This document shows, one piece after another, positions 10,154 to 20,392 of a stretch of DNA of 64,000 nt. Numbering within the stretch: the first letter of the stretch is position 1; every line of letters begins with the position of its first letter. The position numbers were made by a program, and so were the translations under genes. The stretch comes from Candidatus Dadabacteria bacterium (GTDB lineage Bacteria > Desulfobacterota_D > UBA1144 > Nemesobacterales > CSP1-2), in assembly GCA_040289575.1 (NCBI GenBank), contig PSLL01000006.1, positions 24,583 through 88,582 of the forward strand, given 5' to 3'. The notes below the pieces were generated by a model that saw nothing but the letters and a program-made list of their open reading frames with translations, was not told the origin of the DNA and searched no databases.

Positions 10154-11083
10154 TCATCCCTCATCATCAGGTACAGACGAATCATTTCTCCGATTTATAT
10201 TAACCGCAAATGGCTTGCTCCGCTCGCCGAAATAAATGCTTACATGCGGGAATGGAATTTCAATTCCCTTCTGATCAAATGTATTTTTAATTCTCCTTCT
10301 CAATTCCCTCCCTACATCCCACTGCTTGAGCGGCTGCGTCTTTATCATACACTTGATTATAACCTCAGAGCTGCCGAAGTTATCAACCCCCAGTATCTCA
10401 AGAGGCTCCAATATTGAAGGACGGAACTTTTCGTCTTTATATAGCTCTTCCCCTATCTCCTTTAACACCTGCATAACCTCATCCACATTCTCTTTATATG
10501 CCACACCGACATCAATAACATATCGCGACCAGCCCCTTGTCATATTCGACAGCGTATTTATCGTACCGTTTGGAAAGATGTGAACAGTACCCTGAAGGTC
10601 TCTTAGCACAATGGTTCTCAGATTGATTTCTTCCACAAGCCCTCCCGTTCCATTGACTACAGCAACGTCTCCTACGCGAACCTGATTCTCCATAATTATA
10701 AAGAAGCCGCTTATAATATCCCTTACGAGATTTTGTGCCCCAAATCCAATGGCAAGCCCCACTATGCCGGCACCAGCTATTATTGGCGCAATATCTATCC
10801 CGACTTCTCTAAGAACCATCATAAAGGCCAATACAAAGACGGTTACAAAAGCCGCCTTTCTCAATATGTTGCCAAGCGTCTTTACCCTTTTTTGAGTTTC
10901 CAAATTGGCAAAAAAATCTCCCGTATCTTTCATAATGACCTTCTCCGTCCTTTCAATTAGAACGGAAATCAGCTTTAGGAGCACATAAGCCCCTATGATT
11001 ATCACAACAATACGAATACCGGAGGTCCTAAGCCAGTCAATAATATTGTCAACATAAGCCGGATTAAATACCCTGGATATCAT
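10154..11083 (-). CDS. Mechanosensitive ion channel, MscS family
   Basis: Three N-terminal TM helices followed by the conserved MscS beta-domain (GAQNLVRDIISGFFIIMENQVRVGDVAVV…). Confidence 0.8.
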   Translation of the reverse strand: MISRVFNPAYVDNIIDWLRTSGIRIVVIIIGAYVLLKLISVLIERTEKVIMKDTGDFFANLETQKRVKTLGNILRKAAFVTVFVLAFMMVLREVGIDIAPIIAGAGIVGLAIGFGAQNLVRDIISGFFIIMENQVRVGDVAVVNGTGGLVEEINLRTIVLRDLQGTVHIFPNGTINTLSNMTRGWSRYVIDVGVAYKENVDEVMQVLKEIGEELYKDEKFRPSILEPLEILGVDNFGSSEVIIKCMIKTQPLKQWDVGRELRRRIKNTFDQKGIEIPFPHVSIYFGERSKPFAVNINRRNDSSVPDDEG

Positions 11084-11339
11084 GGTATTATGCTACCTCC
11101 TTTCCAAATATATTTGTAGAAATAAAATAGCCACCCTAAATTCTAGGTACCGAGGATTCGTGCGGAGATTCTACAAAATTTTAATATTTAACCTTCCCGA
11201 CAGACAAAAATTAAGTCGGATAAAACACGAGGAATTGTTACAATGATAAATGATTCACCAAGGCGGATCAAACATAACTCTGCACTTAGCGGCCTCTATT
11301 TTTGACTCCATATCTCCCATTATGTAAACTCCACTCATA

Positions 11340-13148
11340 ATGGGAAAGATTAGGATTCTTCCCGAAAATATCGTGTCTAAAATCGCAGCGGGAGAGATTG
11401 TAGAAAAGCCAGCTTCTGTTGTGAAAGAACTCGTTGAAAATTCTCTCGACGCCCAAAGCACACACATACATATAGAACTGAGGGGCGGCGGAAAAAGGTT
11501 CATAAGTGTTTTAGATAACGGCGAAGGGATGACAATGGACGACGCCCTCCTCTCTCTTGAGCGTCACGCTACAAGCAAAATAAGAGGCGCGGAGGACCTC
11601 TTTTCTATAAAAACGCTTGGATTTCGGGGAGAGGCGCTTCCGAGTATCGCAGGGATCTCCAGGTTAAAGCTCACAACAAAAACAAAGGATGCGCTTTCGG
11701 GCACAAGGATTTCCATTGAGGGCGGAGTCATAAAAAGCGTTGAAGAAATCGGCTGTCCTTCCGGAACAGCAGTTGAGGTAAGAGACCTTTTCTACAATAC
11801 GCCGCCGAGACTTAAATTCATGAAAACTAAAGAAACAGAACTCTCAAATATCCTTGACATTATTCAAAGGGAGGCTCTCCCCCGGCCGGATGTAGGATTT
11901 GAAGTCACACATGAAGGGAAAACACTGCTTCACCTCAGACAAAGAAAAGCACTGGAAGAAACGCTACCCGAGATCTTCCCCGATACAGAACTTTTTGAGA
12001 TAAAATCAGAATCCGAGGGGATTAAAATACACGGCTTTGTAGGCGGTCCCGAAGATACGAGGACTACAACGCAAAAGCTATTCACGTATGTAAATCGCCG
12101 AGCTGTAAAGGACAAGTTTCTCATCCGAATGCTCATTGACTCTTATGGAAGACTCATAGAAAGAGGTAGATTTCCGCAAGGAATTCTCCTCATAGATATT
12201 CCGCCTGAAGAGATTGATGTGAACGTCCATCCTACAAAGAATGAGGTCAGGTTTAAAAGGTCTGGAGTTGTGGGTAGCTTAATAAAAGTCGCGATATCAG
12301 ATATGTTAAACAATGCCCCCTGGATAAAGGACTACCGCGCAAGGGTTAAGAACGCGGTTCAGGGATTTTTTGAAAAAGGCAGGGCTTTTGAGGAAACCTA
12401 CCAAAACGCCCAGATACCGCCGACAACCTCATACAGAGAGACTCCTCAAGGAGAGGATATAGTTTTAAAAACCCCCGACGCAGAACCAATACAGGTAAAT
12501 AATATAAAACCATCTCCTCTATCCCCAATTCAAACACCACACTACGAACTCTTTAGGCAGGAGGGATTTTTCTCCAATCTGAATATAATCGGACAACTGG
12601 GTGAACTCTACATAATCTGCGCATCGGGAAGGGGGATGATTCTTATTGACCAACATGCAGCGCACGAGAGGATCAACTACGAAAAGTTAAAAAACGCCTA
12701 TCTAAAAAGAGAATTTGAAACCCAGGAGCTTCTCTTCCCACTTTCGATTGAGCTATCCTCCGACGAGACCCAAATCCTAGAAGAGCACAAGGAAGAAATA
12801 GAATCTCTGGGAATAAAAATTGAAGGGTTTGGGAAAGGCTCTTTTCTTATAAGGTCAGTCCCCGCACTTCTTAAAAATAGCGACGTAGAAAAGCTCTTAA
12901 AAGAAATGGTTGGAGAGATTGCCACACTGGGAAAAGAAGAGGGTCTGACCGAGCACATAGATCACATAATTGCAACTATGGCATGCCACAGTTCAGTTCT
13001 CGCAAGCCATGAACTAAATCCAGAGAAGATGAAATCCCTTCTGCAGGAACTCGACTGCACCGAATTTCCACATGCCTGCCCGCACGGAAGACCTGTGGCA
13101 AGGGAACTCACGTTTGAAGAGCTTGGGAGGATGTTTAAGAGATCCTAA
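11340..13148 (+). CDS. mutL: DNA mismatch repair protein MutL
   Basis: GHKL ATPase N-terminus (ILPENIVSKIAAGEIVEKPASVVKELVENSLDA) and MutL C-terminal dimerisation domain. Confidence 0.95.
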   Translation: MGKIRILPENIVSKIAAGEIVEKPASVVKELVENSLDAQSTHIHIELRGGGKRFISVLDNGEGMTMDDALLSLERHATSKIRGAEDLFSIKTLGFRGEALPSIAGISRLKLTTKTKDALSGTRISIEGGVIKSVEEIGCPSGTAVEVRDLFYNTPPRLKFMKTKETELSNILDIIQREALPRPDVGFEVTHEGKTLLHLRQRKALEETLPEIFPDTELFEIKSESEGIKIHGFVGGPEDTRTTTQKLFTYVNRRAVKDKFLIRMLIDSYGRLIERGRFPQGILLIDIPPEEIDVNVHPTKNEVRFKRSGVVGSLIKVAISDMLNNAPWIKDYRARVKNAVQGFFEKGRAFEETYQNAQIPPTTSYRETPQGEDIVLKTPDAEPIQVNNIKPSPLSPIQTPHYELFRQEGFFSNLNIIGQLGELYIICASGRGMILIDQHAAHERINYEKLKNAYLKREFETQELLFPLSIELSSDETQILEEHKEEIESLGIKIEGFGKGSFLIRSVPALLKNSDVEKLLKEMVGEIATLGKEEGLTEHIDHIIATMACHSSVLASHELNPEKMKSLLQELDCTEFPHACPHGRPVARELTFEELGRMFKRS

Positions 13149-13302
13149 GTAAACTCCGCCATCCCTTTATCAGAACAAAGAACGCATAGAGAACTTATTT
13201 AAAATTCTCTCTCCGTCCATCTGCGAACCCATTGGCTAAATCGGTATGGGATACACGACATTACTTGATTTATCTCATTGCCTCAGCCATAATTTCAAAT
13301 AA

Positions 13303-13491
13303 ATGCAGGTTAAATGCCCGAGATGCGGGAAGTTAGTCAAATGGGAAGGAAATAAGTGGAAGCCATTTTGTTCAGAAAGATGTAAACTGATAGATCTAGG
13401 CGCTTGGGTGGGGGAGGAGTACAAAATCCCTGAAGAGCCCGTCTCAGAAGAGAATCAAAAACAAATAAACGGCAGAAACGAAGAGGAATGA
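13303..13491 (+). CDS. yacG: DNA gyrase inhibitor YacG (zinc-ribbon protein)
   Basis: 62 aa with a C-x2-C…C-x3-C motif and YacG-like sequence (VKCPRCGK…[16 protein letters not shown]). Confidence 0.75.
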   Translation: MQVKCPRCGKLVKWEGNKWKPFCSERCKLIDLGAWVGEEYKIPEEPVSEENQKQINGRNEEE

Positions 13492-13549
13492 AAGCGATAT
13501 GAATAACAATCATATCTATGAACTAAGTATATTAAGGAGGCACAGATAA

Positions 13550-14122
13550 ATGGCAGTTACCGATACCAGCCGCTTTTATAAGGGACTAAAGATTGAATTT
13601 GAAGGAGAAATCTGGGAGGTTATTGAATACCATCACTCAAAGATCGCCCAGCGAAGCCCCGTAGTAAAGACCAAGCTCAGAAACATCATTACTGGTTCTG
13701 TTCAAGAGAGAAACTTCCGCTCAGGTGAGACATTCGATCTTCCCGATGTTGAAAGAAAAAAGATGCAGTTCCTTTACAAAGACGAAATCGGATACCACTT
13801 TATGGATTCTGAGACTTATGAGCAATACGGATTTAACGAGAATCAGGTCGGAGAGGCAGTAAGGTTTCTCAAAGAGCAGGAAGAGGTAACCATTCTTTTT
13901 TACAAAGGCAAAACGATAGGCGTCGAACTCCCAATAACTGTAGAGCTTGAGGTAATCGAAACCGAACCCGGCGTAAGGGGAGATACCGTCACCGGTGGGA
14001 GCAAACCCGCAAAGCTTGAGACGGGAGCAACGATCTCCGTACCCCTCTTTATTGACACCGGGGATAGAATAAAGGTTGATACAAGAACGGGAACTTACAT
14101 AGAGAGAATAAAGAAGAGATAG
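13550..14122 (+). CDS. efp: Elongation factor P
   Basis: Full-length EF-P similarity, including the C-terminal GDTVTGGSKPAKLETGATISVPLFI…KVDTRTGTY. Confidence 0.95.
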   Translation: MAVTDTSRFYKGLKIEFEGEIWEVIEYHHSKIAQRSPVVKTKLRNIITGSVQERNFRSGETFDLPDVERKKMQFLYKDEIGYHFMDSETYEQYGFNENQVGEAVRFLKEQEEVTILFYKGKTIGVELPITVELEVIETEPGVRGDTVTGGSKPAKLETGATISVPLFIDTGDRIKVDTRTGTYIERIKKR

Positions 14123-14150
14123 CTCTATAGAGATAGATGCCGTGCTACCG

Positions 14151-14480
14151 CTAATTTCCGCCCAATTCGGCATTCCAATCAACGGTTTCCTCGGCGTGGA
14201 GTTTATCCATAGGGAAATTAATAGGGAATGCGAAGTTTGGAAATGGCTGCCAGATGCCGCTATCTATTATCCTTGCCCCCGTGCTCCTAAACACCCTAAG
14301 GAGAATCAGGATGAAATCATTTGAGCTAATATCGGCCTGTCCGAAGAGCATTCCATTGGGCATTTTGCCCCAATTAACAAGTTGCCTCAGTTCATCCAAA
14401 TGAGTCTTTAGGAATTCACTAACGACATTTTCAAACTCCTTTAAAAGTTCCTCTTTTGCCATATTGCCCCTCCTCTTCAA
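14151..14480 (-). CDS. Hypothetical protein (109 aa; likely start at the MAKEEL methionine)
   Basis: ORF only; no family recognised. Convergent with efp. Confidence 0.3.
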   Translation of the reverse strand: MKRRGNMAKEELLKEFENVVSEFLKTHLDELRQLVNWGKMPNGMLFGQADISSNDFILILLRVFRSTGARIIDSGIWQPFPNFAFPINFPMDKLHAEETVDWNAELGGN

Positions 14481-14603
14481 CTTCAGTTCAGAGTATATTG
14501 TCCTTCGTATAAAGGCAAATGTGAGACTCTACGTGTATATCGAATTATACTCCATATCGGGAAAGATATTTAAATTGAGAAAAAAATATTATAGAATAGA
14601 GCC

Positions 14604-15152
14604 ATGACCGAAAAGATTTTTTTATTAACGCTTGCATCTCTTTTTTGCTTCGCCTTTCTGAATGGCAAGGGTGCCAAATGCAGCGAACCAATATCCTTGT
14701 CGCTTACAAGTACGATATTTAAGAATGGAGAAAAAATACCTAGAAAATACACTTGCGACGGCAAAGACATATCGCCCCCACTTTCCTGGAGCGGAGTCCC
14801 AAATGGAACGAAGAGTTATGCAATCATATTGGAAGACCCGGATGCCCCGGGAGGAACGTTTACACACTGGGTTCTCTATGACCTGCCTGTAGCCATAACA
14901 GGCCTTCCCGAAGGAGCGGGGAAAAAAGGAGGCTCTAATAAAGGCTCAAAGCAAGGGGTAAACGACTTTGGGCGAATCGGATACAGTGGACCGTGTCTGC
15001 CCCGGGGGACACACAGGTACATATTCAGGCTTTATGCCCTCGATGTTGCAGGCTTGAACTTAAAAGAAAGGGCTACGAAAGAAGAGGTTTTAAAGGCCGC
15101 TAAGGGTCATGTGATTTCCGAAGCAGAGCTCGTCGGAACATATAGTAGATAA
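14604..15152 (+). CDS. YbhB/YbcL-family phosphatidylethanolamine-binding protein (PEBP) with signal peptide
   Basis: PEBP motifs (YAIILEDPDAPGGTFTHWVLYDLP…GYSGPCLPRGTHRYIFRLYALD). Confidence 0.8.
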   Translation: MTEKIFLLTLASLFCFAFLNGKGAKCSEPISLSLTSTIFKNGEKIPRKYTCDGKDISPPLSWSGVPNGTKSYAIILEDPDAPGGTFTHWVLYDLPVAITGLPEGAGKKGGSNKGSKQGVNDFGRIGYSGPCLPRGTHRYIFRLYALDVAGLNLKERATKEEVLKAAKGHVISEAELVGTYSR

Positions 15153-15154
15153 AG

Positions 15155-15466
15155 ATGGAAGATAAGCCAAGAGGAAGAAAAAGACCTACGCTTGCACTTA
15201 TACTCTCAGCTATATTCCCCGGATTCGGACAAATCTATAATAATCAAATACCCAAGGGAATAATTCTTATATCACTAAATATGGTTATTAACCTTTTATT
15301 GGTCAAGCCCATTGAAAAGCTAACCGCCTCCGGAGGTTCAATACCGGATAACCCGACACTTTTGATCCTAGCCGCATACATGATAGTAGAATTGGTATTA
15401 TGGGTCTACGCTATGATAGACGCTAAAAGAACCGCGGAGAAGATAAACAAATCAGAAGTTACTTAG
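15155..15466 (+). CDS. Small two-TM membrane protein, hypothetical
   Basis: Two hydrophobic helices. Starts 3 nt after the PEBP gene stop, which suggests an operon. Confidence 0.4.
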   Translation: MEDKPRGRKRPTLALILSAIFPGFGQIYNNQIPKGIILISLNMVINLLLVKPIEKLTASGGSIPDNPTLLILAAYMIVELVLWVYAMIDAKRTAEKINKSEVT

Positions 15467-15473
15467 AGAAGCC

Positions 15474-16088
15474 TCAATTAATGATCTCATCAGGTCTGAC
15501 AAACTCAAATCCCAAATCAGAAAGAGACTCGATTACACCGGGAAGAGCCTTAACTACCTCCATGCGCTCCGCATTTTCCCTTATCTCATCCCCATCGTGG
15601 AGTACGATAATAGAGCCGTCCTTTACAGACCTTTTCACTCTCCATATAATCCTTTCAGCCGTCGTGCTCCTTTTCCAATCATATGCCACCACATCAAAGG
15701 GAACGATTTTGAATCCGAGCCTTTTTAGCCTCTTTAGGAAAAACGGGCTTGCTAAACCATGGGGAGGTCTAAAAAACCTACTGTCTTTTCCCAGAATGTC
15801 AGTGATTATTTCCTGAGTCCTTAGAGTCTCGCCGAAGGCAAGCCCACTAAGGGTTAAAAAGAGGGAATGAGAGAAGGTATGATTCCCCACTATGTGGCCC
15901 CCTTCATCTATCCGCCTCACAAGGTGTGGATACTTCCGGGCATTAGCACCGCAGACAAAAAAGGCAGACTTTACCTCATAGCGCCTTAGGATTTCTAAAA
16001 CTCTGGGGGTTATTTCCGGATTCGGACCGTCGTCAAAACTGAGAGCAACCCTTTTAGGCTTCATAATAAAAGGATTTATATTCTTCAC
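15474..16088 (-). CDS. Polysaccharide deacetylase (NodB/CE4 family)
   Basis: NodB motifs (ALSFDDGPNPEITPRVLEIL…HIVGNHTFSH). Confidence 0.85.
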   Translation of the reverse strand: MKNINPFIMKPKRVALSFDDGPNPEITPRVLEILRRYEVKSAFFVCGANARKYPHLVRRIDEGGHIVGNHTFSHSLFLTLSGLAFGETLRTQEIITDILGKDSRFFRPPHGLASPFFLKRLKRLGFKIVPFDVVAYDWKRSTTAERIIWRVKRSVKDGSIIVLHDGDEIRENAERMEVVKALPGVIESLSDLGFEFVRPDEIIN

Positions 16089-17631
16089 CGCTCGATGACC
16101 TCGGAAGTTTCTTGATTTTCAGCTTTTCAATTAGGTCCTTACCCTTTATAGATATAGTCTTTTCAAGCACCACCGCTCTTTCCTTAATCGGCTTTACCCT
16201 TGCCTCCACCATCGGATTCTTAAAAGGAAATACTATGACAAAAAGCGAGAGACAAAAGGCGAACCACAAGAGCCAGTATCTATCGGAGATGAACTTCTCT
16301 TCTCTAATCGGATGGAGCCTTGCGAACTTCTCAGGTTTTTTGAGAAATATCCTGGCCAAGCCATTAGGAAAATACTGAACCATAGCAATGAAAAGCCCTT
16401 TTCCATAGCGCCGCCCGGAGGTCTCAACACGAAATCCCATGTCAAGCCTAACCTTGCCAACGCTCCTGAGACGCTGAGATAGATCGGCATCTTCACTGAG
16501 TTTGAGTTTTGTGTTAAACCCCCCTATCTTAAGGAAAGCCTCTTTTCTCACTGCTAGATTAGCCCCAGAAAGCGTCCATCCGCCTGAGAAGATACGGTCA
16601 AATATCCAAGGAATAAAAATCAGATAGCGCACGGCAAACCGGGCTAAAAATGGACCATTGTAGAGGGAATGAAATCCTCCAAAAGCCACAAGCTCCGGAT
16701 CGTTGTTGAATTCCCCTAAGATCTTTGAAAGCCAGTTGGGAGGCACTACAGTATCGGCATCCGTAGTGGCAATAATAGGAGCCTTAGCAGCCATAAATCC
16801 GGCCTGCCGACTATAACCTACACCCTCTTTAGGTTCAAACACCACCCTTGCCCCAAAACGCTCTGCTATTTGTCCAGTCTGATCCCGAGAGTTATTGTCA
16901 ACAACGATCAGTTCAAAATCTTTAAAATCTTGATTCATCAGACTAATGAGCGTTCTCTCTATGAATCTTTCTTCATTGAAAGCCGGAATGACAACGGATA
17001 TCTGGGGATTCTCAGGATTCTTATGAAATGCACACACGCCGTTTATCAGTACGGTCCCTAATTTGGAGGATTTGTTTATACCCCTCTTTTTTCTTTTGAG
17101 AAGGAGGCGAAATCTCTCAAGGGAAAAATATCCAACGAATCCTCCGAGCGTCCAAAACAGCGGATCCATGATTCCGTCGTGTATTATCTGGGACCGACTT
17201 ACGTTGTGGTGAAGGTAATGGTCAGCAAAATCTCCTATCTCTTTAATACATCCTATGGCGAGCGCAGCAGTCCATGTATCAAACGCATATCCGACTATGG
17301 TCCCAAGCAGAAAATGCACGCCTTCATCATTCGAGTTTATCTTCTTTTCCGTAACTATCCTCTCCTCATCAGAGGAAAATCCAAGGGATTTATAGATCTC
17401 AAAATTATCAAATAGATTCGTCCTAAGTGTTAAAAAAACCAGAATTAGAATCAATGCGGAAATAAAAAGCTCATCCTTTAATATCCGACCCCTCATTGTG
17501 GCCAGCGTCTTAATTAATTTCCGAAGAATATATCTTTTTCCTCCAAACACACCTTCTCTTGTCAGAAACACTACCGTAATAAGAACCGAGACAAATAATA
17601 GGCCTAAGATATCCATGCGCTTATTATACAA
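16054..17631 (-). CDS. Membrane-embedded glycosyltransferase family 2 (N-terminal multi-TM domain, central GT-A domain, C-terminal TM)
   Basis: GT2 signature (ISVVIPAFNEERFIERTLISLMNQDFKDFELIVVDNNSRDQT). Overlaps the downstream CE4 deacetylase by 35 nt. Confidence 0.75.
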   Translation of the reverse strand: MYNKRMDILGLLFVSVLITVVFLTREGVFGGKRYILRKLIKTLATMRGRILKDELFISALILILVFLTLRTNLFDNFEIYKSLGFSSDEERIVTEKKINSNDEGVHFLLGTIVGYAFDTWTAALAIGCIKEIGDFADHYLHHNVSRSQIIHDGIMDPLFWTLGGFVGYFSLERFRLLLKRKKRGINKSSKLGTVLINGVCAFHKNPENPQISVVIPAFNEERFIERTLISLMNQDFKDFELIVVDNNSRDQTGQIAERFGARVVFEPKEGVGYSRQAGFMAAKAPIIATTDADTVVPPNWLSKILGEFNNDPELVAFGGFHSLYNGPFLARFAVRYLIFIPWIFDRIFSGGWTLSGANLAVRKEAFLKIGGFNTKLKLSEDADLSQRLRSVGKVRLDMGFRVETSGRRYGKGLFIAMVQYFPNGLARIFLKKPEKFARLHPIREEKFISDRYWLLWFAFCLSLFVIVFPFKNPMVEARVKPIKERAVVLEKTISIKGKDLIEKLKIKKLPRSSSGEEYKSFYYEA

Positions 17632-17842
17632 TTATATAGCCCTTAATCAAGAAAAATTTTAACCTAAATTTGCCACAAGGCCGGACTGTCTATTGCCAGG
17701 TGAAAAGAAGTCTAAGCGCCTTTGTAATTAGCCATTCTTGTGGGATAATAGAATCCATCTATAATAAGCAAGAATGGCTAAATCGGTGCGGCATAAAATT
17801 CATATCTCAGCTTTCTGATTTGCAAAAGCCAAGGAGGAATTT

Positions 17843-18499
17843 ATGGAATTAACTACGGAATTCATAAGGATTTTTATACACCTCGATAAGTATCTGAGTA
17901 CGGTCATAGAGAACTATGGAGTCTGGACTAATTTAATCCTTTTTATCATCATCTTTTGTGAAACCGGCCTTGTAGTGACCCCCTTTCTCCCCGGAGACTC
18001 CCTACTCTTTGCCGCGGGCACTTTCGCATCTGTCGGATCGCTTGAGTTCAGATGGCTGCTCATACTCCTTACCATAGCAGCCGTGTTGGGAGATACCGTA
18101 AATTATTCCATAGGACACCTTGTGGGTCCAAGGATTTTCTATAAGGAAGAGGTTCGCTTCTTGAATAAAAAATATTTAGAGCGCGCACACGAGTTCTATG
18201 AAAAGCACGGTGGGAAGGCGGTTATTTTGGCAAGGTTCATCCCTATCATTCGCACATTTGTGCCATTTGTAGCGGGTATTGCGAATATGAGGTATTTGCG
18301 TTTTCTCAGTTACAACATAATAGGGGGCATTATCTGGGTTTTCTTTCTTGTCTCTGCCGGTTACTTTTTCGGTAATATTCCGATTGTCAAACAGAATTTC
18401 ACGCTAGTCATATACTTAATTATTTTCATATCAATCCTGCCCGGCATAATTGAATTCTTGCGCAGCCGTCAGCATTCTGCACAACGGTTACGGTTATAG
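17843..18499 (+). CDS. DedA/VTT-family membrane protein
   Basis: DedA core (FLPGDSLLFAAGTFA…KAVILARFIPIIRTFVPFVAGIANMRYLRFLSYNIIGG). Confidence 0.85.
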   Translation: MELTTEFIRIFIHLDKYLSTVIENYGVWTNLILFIIIFCETGLVVTPFLPGDSLLFAAGTFASVGSLEFRWLLILLTIAAVLGDTVNYSIGHLVGPRIFYKEEVRFLNKKYLERAHEFYEKHGGKAVILARFIPIIRTFVPFVAGIANMRYLRFLSYNIIGGIIWVFFLVSAGYFFGNIPIVKQNFTLVIYLIIFISILPGIIEFLRSRQHSAQRLRL

Positions 18500-18562
18500 A
18501 TATTTGTAGTAGCATGGGTTGATGCGCCGTTATAAAACACATACAGCCTATTCGGAAGAGAT

Positions 18563-19231
18563 TCATTGGGAACTGTATTCAATCGCAAATTCAAACTCCG
18601 GGAAAAGCTTCGGGAGTTTCATAAGATTAAAAGTAAAAAGGCCTACAGCCAATCTATCAAACCAAGATGATAGGGGCCATCCAAAGTGGATTACAAACCT
18701 CTTTTCCGGAAGGTCGGCTCTGAGCGTATAGAGAATTGCGAGAATAGAATGATAAACCCCCTGAGCTTTAAATATAGGGAACCTGAAATAGTTTTCATCC
18801 AACTTGGGCGGTATCCCCTGCCTCGGAGAGAAAAAGGTTATGAAAAAAGCATCCTTTCTCAGCTCGTCTTTCTTCTCGCCAGGCCTTTTAAAGTATATGT
18901 GGATTGTGTTTTCATTGCACTCAGCAATCCTCGCAATAAGTTCCATAGGGAAATCCGTCCTTTCTATCTCTTTAATCTCAGGTGCCCTCTTCCTCGCAAC
19001 TTGCGTCCCGGCTATGAGGAAGAAAACCACCGAAATCGCCCATAGACCAGTTCCATATGGTTTATGAAAGGCAAGATAAATAAAGCACGCAAGGAAAACT
19101 AAAAAGATAAAGAGCGTCCCAATACGAGATGTAGAATATTCTCTTATCTCCTGAGTCCCTTTAAAGAAGCGATATATTAAAAGGCTTCCCATGTTTATAC
19201 AGAAGCTGGCAAGAAGCCCTATTGCATACAT
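18563..19231 (-). CDS. Hypothetical membrane protein (N-terminal TM helices plus ~130 aa soluble C-terminal domain)
   Basis: ORF and hydrophobicity only; no family recognised. Confidence 0.35.
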   Translation of the reverse strand: MYAIGLLASFCINMGSLLIYRFFKGTQEIREYSTSRIGTLFIFLVFLACFIYLAFHKPYGTGLWAISVVFFLIAGTQVARKRAPEIKEIERTDFPMELIARIAECNENTIHIYFKRPGEKKDELRKDAFFITFFSPRQGIPPKLDENYFRFPIFKAQGVYHSILAILYTLRADLPEKRFVIHFGWPLSSWFDRLAVGLFTFNLMKLPKLFPEFEFAIEYSSQ

Positions 19232-19342
19232 CTCAGCAAGGATTGCCTGAGCGCCACCTGTGACAATAAGGATTATCGAGTAGAAGATCGCGCTAAGCAG
19301 ATGAATCCTATAGAGCGACCCCTGAGAATTTGTCTTTATGAG

Positions 19343-20392
19343 CTAAATAAACCCGTAGCGATGAGCCACACGTTCAAGCAGCTCGCTCGATGCGACGAAT
19401 GCAGTATTTACAGCCATCATAAGGGTTATACTCGCCAAAAAGCCAACTGCCAAGCTAAAGGCTGGACTACCTACAACTCCTGCATAATGCGTAATGAGGT
19501 CTTCTTCATGAGCATGAAAATCAATCGGAGATGAAAGAACGAGTGTCGAAACAAGAGGAGTAATAACCCCAACGGTGAGTGCAAGAAATATATAAGCCTT
19601 CCCAATATCGCGCCAACTCTTTACAAGTCCAGCTGTCTGTATAACAGATTCAACCCCTGAATAAGCCAAAACGGAGCTCCCTACTCCTACGGTAACAGCG
19701 TATATCGCATGAAAGATATTATGCTCGGTAAGGTCTCTATATACATCATTAAAACTCCCTTTTATTACCCCTATGCTTTCTGACGTAAGATTAAAAAAAC
19801 CAAGAGTAATAAGGTTGAGCACGATAAAGATGGCTCCTACGAATATAGAGAAAGTGAATCTCGCATTCTCCTTTATTCCGATGATATTGAGTCCAGCAAT
19901 AAACCAGATTATAGCAAACGGAAGAACAGCCCTCACAAATGGAGAGAGCGATAAGAATGTTGTTCCGTTTGCTGCGGCGCTCACAGATGAGATACAGGCC
20001 GTAAGTATGTAGTCAACCATAATAGAGGCAACGGCAATAAATGAGACTGTAGGACCTAGCACAAGGTATGAGAACGAGTAAACGCCTCCGCCTTTTATCC
20101 CATTTTTCTCGAGAATTTCTGCAATCTCAGTCATTCGAGTCGTCAAGTACCGAATGAGAACAGCAGTAAAAATAAGAAAAAATATCGCCTTATTTCCTAT
20201 GAATCTATGCGCTTCACTCGGGGCATAGAATATGGATGTAAATTCATCCATAAATGTGATGATACCAACGGAGAGCCAGGTAAGCCACCATCTGCCCCCT
20301 CTGAGGTACGAAAGGAGATTACGCACCCGAAGGAGTCTGATAAATAGAATCAGTAGAAGGAGATTAAGCCCTAAGAGGACAAGTTCTTTCAT
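19343..20392 (-). CDS. APC-superfamily-like amino acid/polyamine permease (349 aa, possibly C-terminally short)
   Basis: Multi-TM protein with a GGGVYSFSYLV-type motif typical of APC transporters. Confidence 0.55.
   Translation of the reverse strand: MKELVLLGLNLLLLILFIRLLRVRNLLSYLRGGRWWLTWLSVGIITFMDEFTSIFYAPSEAHRFIGNKAIFFLIFTAVLIRYLTTRMTEIAEILEKNGIKGGGVYSFSYLVLGPTVSFIAVASIMVDYILTACISSVSAAANGTTFLSLSPFVRAVLPFAIIWFIAGLNIIGIKENARFTFSIFVGAIFIVLNLITLGFFNLTSESIGVIKGSFNDVYRDLTEHNIFHAIYAVTVGVGSSVLAYSGVESVIQTAGLVKSWRDIGKAYIFLALTVGVITPLVSTLVLSSPIDFHAHEEDLITHYAGVVGSPAFSLAVGFLASITLMMAVNTAFVASSELLERVAHRYGFI

Noticed and set aside
18563-20392. Possibility that the 222-aa ORF and the APC permease are one gene split by a frameshift (they are in the same frame)
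   Set aside because: Two separate in-frame stops (19343-45 and 19292-94) and a ~110-bp spacer lie between them. Separate genes is the simpler reading.
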